NCBI GenBank assembly: GCA_048886185.1
Contig: JBHLKY010000053.1
Span: forward strand, 1-5,604
Origin: Candidatus Hermodarchaeota archaeon
Lineage (GTDB): Archaea; Asgardarchaeota; Heimdallarchaeia; Hodarchaeales; Hodarchaeaceae
DNA length: 5,604 nucleotides
Direction of reading: 5' to 3'
In this document: positions 1 through 5,604 of the stretch, piece after piece
Position numbering within the stretch: the stretch's first letter is position 1
How the letters are laid out: each line of letters opens with the position of its first letter
The notes under the pieces: model-generated
The model's database searches: none
What the model saw: the letters and a program-made list of their open reading frames with translations, nothing else
Told to the model about the DNA's origin: nothing
Made by a program: the position numbers and the translations under genes

Positions 1-170
1 CCGGTCGCGTCCCCAAATGCAATATCACTACCATCAATTTGAACTTTATCACTATTGAATAGATCAGTATCATTGATATCAACGAGAAGAGGAAAGTCGT
101 ATAATCGACCGCTGATTTTAGCTGAATCAATTTGAATACTTTTCCGATATTGAAGCCAGGGATAGGCCCA
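1..170 (-). repeat. DUF2341-LamG module 4 (partial, cut by the window edge)
   Basis: WAYPWLQYRKSIQIDSAKISGRLYDFPLLVDINDTDLFNSDKVQIDGSDIAFGDATG aligns with the start of modules 1-3. Confidence 0.85.
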
Positions 171-3100
171 ATCGTTAAAATAAGGATTTGTTTCAACTTC
201 TCCTATTGAATAGAAGCGATCCGAATTGTTTTGATTATTCCAACTAGTTACTATCCAATCACTTGAATGAGCTATATTTGAGATACGTACCTCATCAAAT
301 TTACCCCCAAAACGCTCAATTAAGGGATCTAATCTCCCAAGTAGAAAGGGGTTAATTATATCAATGTTGCCATAGGATCCTATTGGTTCTACGGCTATTT
401 CATTACTATCAATGTATAATTTTAAATTCGTCCCATCTCTAACCAAAACAACATAATGCCAAACTGAATCATCATATCTTGCTGAAGATTTTACGTATTC
501 CTTAATACTATCATCATCAATTTCCCCTTTGATTTGTCCAGGAGAACATTCAGCATTAGGCCCCATGCTGATAGCATATCTTTTCCCACCAGTACTGGCC
601 AATCCTTTCCCACCAAAGGGTGTTGAATCTGTGACTGTTGATATTTCAAACCACAACTCAAAAGTAAAATCCCCTGATCCCATATTTAGGGATAGATCAT
701 TTGAGAAATTAATATAATCGTCGTTTCCATCAAAATCTAAACAGCCACCGATCTTACCTACCACTTGATCATCTGAAGTCATAGATCCATAGGTTGTACC
801 ATCATTGTTATTGATTGTACTATCCTTTATCTGAGGAACTGCTGCTGAAGGGTCTTCTGAAAGATGCCAAACTCCCTTAAAATTTGTGTTCCAGACTCCT
901 GCTGGATTTTCTTGTGGACCTACTATTAAATTCCCATAATACATCCAAATTTTTGCCTCAGTTAAATCCGATAAGTTCGGTAATCGAACCCAAGCAACTA
1001 ATTCTGAATAAGAGGTATTATGGTATTTATTGAAAAATTCAATCTCATGGTCTAATCTATTTCCTTGTTCATCAGCGAAAGCAATATCATCTCCATCGAT
1101 CTGAACTCTACTAGATGAGGCTAAATCAGTGTCATATAAATGTACCAATATTGGAAAATTATTTAAACTTCCCTGTACCTTATTTATATTGATAGTCAGG
1201 TCTTTTCTATAAGCTAACCATGGATATACCCAATCACCAATGGAAGAGGGTTTTTCTAAGGATCCAATCGAATAAAAGGTACTTGGATTGTTTTGATTTT
1301 CATACTCGGTGATAATCCAATCTCGGCTTCTTGAGGTAGTAGAGACTCTAAATTCATCAATTGTACCATTAAATAGATCAGATCCTTCTAATCCCCCCAA
1401 TGTTGGAGGAGATAGTGGATCCACATTATCTATTACAGGTTCACTCACAGTAGTATTATATTCAACACCATTTAGATATAGATGATGAAGGTCATTTATA
1501 GAATCAAAAACTGCGACAACATGAAACCATGTATCAGTAGTTAAAGGCTGTTCAAAATCATTAATAAAACCCCATAAAGTAATTGAATCCGAATCCGGAG
1601 CTCTACCTGCAAATCTAAGTTCATTAGAAGTTGTAACATGTACGACGAATCGACTTCCACTAGAATCTTGAACTGTTTCTATATAGATATTTTGACTATT
1701 CCCAGCAAGAATAGATATATTTATCCAGCCTTCAAACGTGACTTGGGATGAACCTTTGATTGACCCACTTTTCTCTATTTCAATATAATCATCAATACCA
1801 TCAAGCTTGTCAGAACCTCCAATTTTCCCAAGAACAGCTTCATCACCCTCAAAATTGATAGGTATTCCGTCATTATTATTACTGGTTGAATCGTATCGTG
1901 TTCCACTTCCTTCCTCATTAAGGTGCCAAACACTCAGATAATTTTCATCCCAAACTCCCGAAGGATTTTCTTGCCTCTCAATTGTAGGATTACCAAAATA
2001 CATTGATATTAATGTGTTAGAAGAGCTTGAAAGAGAAGGTATTCGAACCCAAGCTACTAAATGGGCGTGTGAGGTATTAAAATTCTTATCAAAAACCTCA
2101 ATCTCATGATCTAATTGAACACCAGAACTATCTGCAAATAATATGTCTCCCCCATCCTCCTGAACTTCTTGTTTATCATGTAAATCCGTATCAAAAAGGT
2201 TTATTAAAACAGGAAAATTTGTTAGATCACTGCTTACTTTTCCTGAATTGATAGTTACATTCTTTCTATAACGCATTGATGGAAAAGGCCAAGATTCAAA
2301 TATAGGCCTATTCTGTTTATTTCCGAGGGAATAGAAACTTGAAGGATCAAATTGATTAATATATCCAGTTGATATCCAATCACTTGAACGTGCAGTGTCT
2401 GAGATCCGTACCTCATCCAGTGAGCCATTGAATTCACCTTCATTAGCAAAAAATAATCCAACAGAACTGCTTTGTATCTCGCTCACGGTATTGTCAGTAT
2501 CAAATTGAGCTCCATCAATGAATAACTTTGCTACACCTTGAGATACGCTAAAGGTGAGTACTAAATGGTACCATGTTTTTAACTGAAGAGCTGTCCCCGT
2601 ATCTAAAATCCAATGGGACACTTCCGAAGTGTCTCTATAAACGAAATCAATTTTGCTGGACAGTTCATTTTGAAATAACATCCACCCTTTATCTAATTGG
2701 CCATTACCTTTACTAATTATGGGGGGCCAAGAAGATGCAGTTGTTTCATCTCGAATATTAACCCAAAATTCTACAGAGAATTCTTGAACTAAATCTAAAC
2801 TGGAATCAATCCCACAATTTATATTATTATTAGGATCAAATTGTAATCCACCATCAATTTGTGCATCAATTTGATTATCAGTGTCCATTCCACCTTGAGC
2901 AGTACCATCATTGTTATTTGATGTACTATCTCTTATCTGGGGGTCTGGATCTGAGGGATTATCACTTAAATGCCATATTCCTTTGTAATTAGAATCCCAG
3001 ACTTTTTCAGGATTTTCCTGTTTTCTCGCGGTTGGATTACCGAAATACATCGAAATAATTGTATCTTGCGTACTAGACAAATTGCAATTGACCCATGCAA

Positions 3101-3587
3101 CTAAATGCGCATGAGTTGAGTTATAAACTCTCTCATAAGTTTCGATTTCGTGATTTAAAATAGCACCAGTGGCATTTGTGAACATGATATCATTACCACT
3201 TGCCTGGGCATCATTCTGGAGATCTGTATCAAAGATATTAATAAGGAGAGGAAAATTATTGAGGTCAGCACTCACCTTTGAGGCATCTATTGTTATATTC
3301 TTACGATATCTCCAGCGAGTATCTGCCCAGCCAGAAACTGAATACTGTGATGTCTTAAAATTTATTCTTTTAGGTGATAGATTTTTCGAGGAATTCTTTA
3401 TTAATCTAGAAACTGGATAATCTAACTTATTTCTTTCTTTATTAATTCCTAATCCTTTTAAAAATTCCGTAAATATAAAATTTGAGTTAGAAATGTTATT
3501 ATCGTTTAGTGAAATCATTAGGCTAAGAATGTTAATTGATAAAATTAAGATTAAGGAAATCCTAGTGAACCTTTGCTGTAAAGCCAA
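1..3587 (-). CDS. Giant secreted/cell-surface protein with tandem DUF2341 + LamG-like (Laminin_G_3/ConA-like) modules; 3' end lies beyond the left edge of the window
   Basis: Manual translation is open from 3632 (after TAG at 3635-3633) through base 1. TTG at 3587 gives an N-terminal signal-peptide-like sequence, MALQQRFTR-ISLILILSINILSLMISL; the first ATG (3518) would remove it. Repeated motifs W...YRK.(I/L/V).I...K(V/I)...L..FP.L...DTDL, D(I).F....G..L.HEIE, LVAWV, MY(F/Y)GN....QENP..VW match DUF2341. Motifs WHL...DST.NNNDG, (F/L)DG.DDYI, F(S/T).E.W, W(Y/F)H.V, LY(I/L)(D/N)G and F.G..DE.R.S...S.DWI match LamG-like jellyroll domains. The start codon is less certain than the gene itself. Confidence 0.93.
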   Translation of the reverse strand, partial: MALQQRFTRISLILILSINILSLMISLNDNNISNSNFIFTEFLKGLGINKERNKLDYPVSRLIKNSSKNLSPKRINFKTSQYSVSGWADTRWRYRKNITIDASKVSADLNNFPLLINIFDTDLQNDAQASGNDIMFTNATGAILNHEIETYERVYNSTHAHLVAWVNCNLSSTQDTIISMYFGNPTARKQENPEKVWDSNYKGIWHLSDNPSDPDPQIRDSTSNNNDGTAQGGMDTDNQIDAQIDGGLQFDPNNNINCGIDSSLDLVQEFSVEFWVNIRDETTASSWPPIISKGNGQLDKGWMLFQNELSSKIDFVYRDTSEVSHWILDTGTALQLKTWYHLVLTFSVSQGVAKLFIDGAQFDTDNTVSEIQSSSVGLFFANEGEFNGSLDEVRISDTARSSDWISTGYINQFDPSSFYSLGNKQNRPIFESWPFPSMRYRKNVTINSGKVSSDLTNFPVLINLFDTDLHDKQEVQEDGGDILFADSSGVQLDHEIEVFDKNFNTSHAHLVAWVRIPSLSSSSNTLISMYFGNPTIERQENPSGVWDENYLSVWHLNEEGSGTRYDSTSNNNDGIPINFEGDEAVLGKIGGSDKLDGIDDYIEIEKSGSIKGSSQVTFEGWINISILAGNSQNIYIETVQDSSGSRFVVHVTTSNELRFAGRAPDSDSITLWGFINDFEQPLTTDTWFHVVAVFDSINDLHHLYLNGVEYNTTVSEPVIDNVDPLSPPTLGGLEGSDLFNGTIDEFRVSTTSRSRDWIITEYENQNNPSTFYSIGSLEKPSSIGDWVYPWLAYRKDLTININKVQGSLNNFPILVHLYDTDLASSSRVQIDGDDIAFADEQGNRLDHEIEFFNKYHNTSYSELVAWVRLPNLSDLTEAKIWMYYGNLIVGPQENPAGVWNTNFKGVWHLSEDPSAAVPQIKDSTINNNDGTTYGSMTSDDQVVGKIGGCLDFDGNDDYINFSNDLSLNMGSGDFTFELWFEISTVTDSTPFGGKGLASTGGKRYAISMGPNAECSPGQIKGEIDDDSIKEYVKSSARYDDSVWHYVVLVRDGTNLKLYIDSNEIAVEPIGSYGNIDIINPFLLGRLDPLIERFGGKFDEVRISNIAHSSDWIVTSWNNQNNSDRFYSIGEVETNPYFNDWAYPWLQYRKSIQIDSAKISGRLYDFPLLVDINDTDLFNSDKVQIDGSDIAFGDAT
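171..1232 (-). repeat. DUF2341-LamG module 3 (354 aa)
   Basis: Begins WVYPWLAYRKDLTININKVQGSLNNFPIL and ends ...DEVRISNIAHSSDWIVTSWNNQNNSDRFYSIG; period 1062 nt. Confidence 0.88.
1233..2291 (-). repeat. DUF2341-LamG module 2 (353 aa)
   Basis: Begins WPFPSMRYRKNVTINSGKVSSDLTNFPVL and ends ...DEFRVSTTSRSRDWIITEYENQNNPSTFYSIG; period 1059 nt. Confidence 0.88.
2292..3329 (-). repeat. DUF2341-LamG module 1 (346 aa)
   Basis: Begins WADTRWRYRKNITIDASKVSADLNNFPLL and ends ...DEVRISDTARSSDWISTGYINQFDPSSFYSLG; the next module starts 1038 nt downstream. Confidence 0.88.
3507..3587 (-). other. Putative Sec signal peptide / signal anchor of the giant protein
   Basis: Basic n-region (QQRFTR) followed by an uncharged hydrophobic stretch (ISLILILSINILSLMISL). 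Depends on the TTG start. Confidence 0.65.
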
Positions 3588-3643
3588 ATTCCTTTCACTT
3601 GCCCTTTCTGCTTCCTGAATTAAATCAATTATCTACGTAGGCA

Positions 3644-3653
3644 ATAAATATAA
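3644..3653 (-). promoter_or_regulatory. Candidate TATA element (TTATATTTAT) for the giant gene
   Basis: Lies ~60 nt upstream of TTG 3587 and would give a short leader containing purine-rich GTGAAAGGA just before the start. The region is very AT-rich, so specificity is low. Confidence 0.3.
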
Positions 3654-4292
3654 TGTAACTATAATAGAATGATGGATTTGTCCTTTGATCAAAAATTATC
3701 AGGTATGAAATTTTTTTAAAATAAACTAGATATTTTGGCCGTATTAAATGTTAAAAATTAAATAATTCTCTATTATGGAGTTTAATTGTCATAAAATCGT
3801 TTAAATTGTAATTAAATTAAGCAAAGGACTTATGGACATTTGAAGCATTCTAATGATAGACAACATAATTTATTATTTAGATACACTTTTCAAGAAAATG
3901 AATGTGGTGTTAATCCAGCCCAAGAAATAAAAATTAACGGTAGATTTGCTCAATCATTTATATATTCTTGAGTTTTCAATGTTTCATTTCGATTGATCTG
4001 TCGTCTATGAGTGATTAGATGAAAAATGATTCTGAGTTTTCTATTAAATATCCCGAACAGATCATCAATCGTTGGATATGTCAATCAATTTCTCCAGAAG
4101 TATTGAAGGAATCTTTCTCTTTAAAAGGAATATTAGGTACAATTTCTTGAACCAAGGATGAACTAATCATATTTGGTGTTCTTACCTGATGAGTCAACAT
4201 GTACCATGACATGAGTTGATTCCAGGGGAGAATGAGATCAATATACTAAGATGGAATCTGTATTGTTAACTAAAACCTAGATCAGGATATAG

Positions 4293-4300
4293 TTTATATA
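4293..4300 (+). promoter_or_regulatory. Archaeal-type TATA box (TTTATATA), probably driving a leaderless transcript of the 4320 gene
   Basis: TTTATATA starts 27 nt before ATG 4320 (30 nt before ATG 4323), which matches archaeal TATA-to-TSS spacing. The purine-rich AGGATATAG upstream is BRE-like, and the bases before the ATG (CACATTCAC) contain no Shine-Dalgarno sequence. Confidence 0.6.
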
Positions 4301-4319
4301 GAGCGAAATCCACATTCAC

Positions 4320-5604
4320 ATGATGAGACGTCATTGGAGATTTTCTTTTAGAATTATAACACTATTAATGCTAATCTTATATCTCTCTCCCCATCGTACT
4401 GGTTCCAATCAATCATATGTTAGATCTGAGGAATTGTTAAATCCAAAGGACATATTGTTACGATTAAATGATACTTCGTGGGATAAGGAGTTTGGTGGAT
4501 ATTTTGCAGAAGTAAACGACACTGGTTTTGTTATAAGTGACAGAAAAGCTGTTGGTGATTATCATACTCTTGCTATTGCATATCTTGACCTTGCTATGTA
4601 TTTAAATGACACACAATATCAAAAGCATGCAGTTTTAATGGAGCAGCTGTTAGATCGCTTCAAACTAAAAACAGAGGGATATACATTATGGCTAACGCGA
4701 TCTTGGCAAGTTCAAACAAACCCTTTGATTGGATTTGATAGTAATGCTGATATCGTTAGCTTACATACCAGATTATTTGACGTAACGGGGGATCCTATTT
4801 ACATTAATCGTGCATTAAACAGTGTTTCACTTATCGAAATGTATCACCACGATTCAATTCACGGAGGATTCTATATGAACCTTGATGGAATAACTCTCGT
4901 TCCAGAGTCGGATTACCGGCGAGTTACTGGATATTATGCGCGATACACAGAAGCTCTTCTAAATCTGTATCATATTACTAATAACGAGTCTTATCTTAAT
5001 AGAGGGTGTGAAATACTTAATGAAACTATTAACAATGCCTGGAATGAAGAAATAGAGTATTTCCACCCTAGGCTTTTCGATACAAATGAACCTGATCCTA
5101 CATTCACGGAATTTCAGTTACATGAGCAAATCGCTATTGCTCGTACTCTCCTTCATTACTCAGAATTTCGAAACCAGAATTTTTATCAGTCTTATGCACT
5201 GTCAATCATCAATCTAATCTTTGAAAAAGGAAGAACTGAGGATGGATTATTTATACATGGTTTTTATCCTAATGATACCCCTCATAACAGCAAGCTGTAC
5301 GTATCTAGACAATGTCACGTGTATCAGACAATTTTGGATATGGTAGAACTAAATATTACTCTCTCTGATGAACAATCGAACACATTGGAGAATTCTTTAC
5401 CAGTTCTAGAATCATTTCTTGGTCAAAATAGCAAATTATTTCTTAGAACAGCCTCGTACCCTAGGATTGTTCCTTGGGTAATTGCAGTGACAGTGAGTAC
5501 AATTATCCGATTAAATAAATACATGAACATGACAACTCTCCCAACAACTACCGCAACGCTGACTACTACACTTAGTAGCACACTTCCAACCACGACCACA
5601 CCCG
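4320..5604 (+). CDS. Secreted six-hairpin (alpha/alpha)6-barrel protein (AGE/N-acylglucosamine 2-epimerase-like or six-hairpin glycosidase superfamily) with Thr-rich stalk; 3' end lies beyond the right edge
   Basis: Open from ATG 4320 (second ATG at 4323) to the window end. N-terminus MMRRHWRFSFR-IITLLMLILYLSP is signal-like. Periodic helical-hairpin motifs include WDKEFGGYF, AYLDLAMYLNDTQYQKHA, RLFDVTGDPIYINRA, HDSIHGGFY, EALLNLYHITNNESYLNRG, AWNEEIEYF and GRTEDGLF, typical of AGE-like toroids. The fold is reasonably supported; the activity is not. Confidence 0.85.
   Translation, partial: MMRRHWRFSFRIITLLMLILYLSPHRTGSNQSYVRSEELLNPKDILLRLNDTSWDKEFGGYFAEVNDTGFVISDRKAVGDYHTLAIAYLDLAMYLNDTQYQKHAVLMEQLLDRFKLKTEGYTLWLTRSWQVQTNPLIGFDSNADIVSLHTRLFDVTGDPIYINRALNSVSLIEMYHHDSIHGGFYMNLDGITLVPESDYRRVTGYYARYTEALLNLYHITNNESYLNRGCEILNETINNAWNEEIEYFHPRLFDTNEPDPTFTEFQLHEQIAIARTLLHYSEFRNQNFYQSYALSIINLIFEKGRTEDGLFIHGFYPNDTPHNSKLYVSRQCHVYQTILDMVELNITLSDEQSNTLENSLPVLESFLGQNSKLFLRTASYPRIVPWVIAVTVSTIIRLNKYMNMTTLPTTTATLTTTLSSTLPTTTTP
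5532..5603 (+). repeat. Thr-rich low-complexity stalk/linker (TTLPTTTATLTTTLSSTLPTTTTP)
   Basis: 14 Thr, 2 Ser and 3 Pro in 24 residues. TLPTTT occurs twice with different codons. Confidence 0.85.

Noticed and set aside
372-383. 12-bp palindrome ATAGGATCCTAT
   Set aside because: Single occurrence within coding sequence; plausible by chance in 5.6 kb of AT-rich DNA.
529-717. ORF-track 62-aa + strand ORF
   Set aside because: Antisense shadow inside LamG domain 3 of the giant gene, with no recognisable features.
2255-2461. ORF-track 68-aa - strand ORF
   Set aside because: Alternative frame nested within the giant ORF; the main frame there encodes conserved DEVRIS/DWI and YRK motifs.
2617-2633. 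Inverted repeat GACACTTC-C-GAAGTGTC
   Set aside because: Lies inside coding sequence (RDTSEVS), is not present in the other modules, and has no U-tract; probably chance.
1-3329. ~1.05-kb periodicity as a CRISPR array, IS element or DNA tandem repeat
   Set aside because: The periodicity is at the protein level with heavy synonymous divergence; there are no identical DNA repeats, spacers, terminal inverted repeats or transposase.
3169-3420. ORF-track 83-aa + strand ORF (GTG start)
   Set aside because: Antisense to the start of DUF2341 module 1, which carries the conserved family motifs.
3853-3930. 25-aa + strand ORF MIDNIIYYLDTLFKKMNVVLIQPKK
   Set aside because: Too short, in very AT-rich DNA, with no recognisable motif or support.
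4194-4219. Imperfect hairpin TCAACATGT-ACCATG-ACATG-AG-TTGA
   Set aside because: Short, bulged, AT-rich stem with no terminator tail or recognisable RNA family.
4019-4249. + strand frame interrupted only by TGA (4148, 4187, 4190, 4217) before a TAA, suggesting TGA recoding
   Set aside because: The two real genes (~1600 codons) use TGG for Trp and contain no in-frame TGA. An overlapping frame (3816 onward) shows the same run of TGA stops, so this looks like a compositional effect.
4323-4343. MRRHWRF as a twin-arginine (Tat) signal
   Set aside because: Does not fit S/T-R-R-x-F-L-K; a Sec-type basic n-region is the simpler reading.
5466-5507. Hydrophobic IVPWVIAVTVSTII as a transmembrane anchor
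   Set aside because: Only ~14 residues and falls where the sixth inner helix of the barrel is expected; the Thr-rich stalk follows it, which would be on the wrong side of a membrane.

Overview
This AT-rich window, probably archaeal (Asgard-like by inference), holds two large divergently transcribed genes. Both run off the window edges and both are missing from the supplied ORF track. On the - strand (3587 to <1, more than 1195 aa, no in-frame stop in my manual translation) is a giant secreted protein. It is built from ~350-aa tandem modules, each a DUF2341 domain plus a LamG/ConA-like lectin domain; three are complete and a fourth has begun. On the + strand (4320 to >5604, more than 428 aa) is a signal-peptide protein with a six-hairpin (alpha/alpha)6 barrel of the AGE/epimerase-like type. 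The canonical catalytic residues appear degenerate, and the barrel is followed by a Thr-rich stalk. A TTTATATA box 27 nt upstream of its ATG, with no Shine-Dalgarno sequence, suggests a leaderless archaeal transcript. The 732-bp intergenic region has a very AT-rich part and a part with coding-like composition that may be a gene remnant. All three ORFs in the supplied track are shadows of the large gene. I found no RNA genes, CRISPR arrays or mobile elements.
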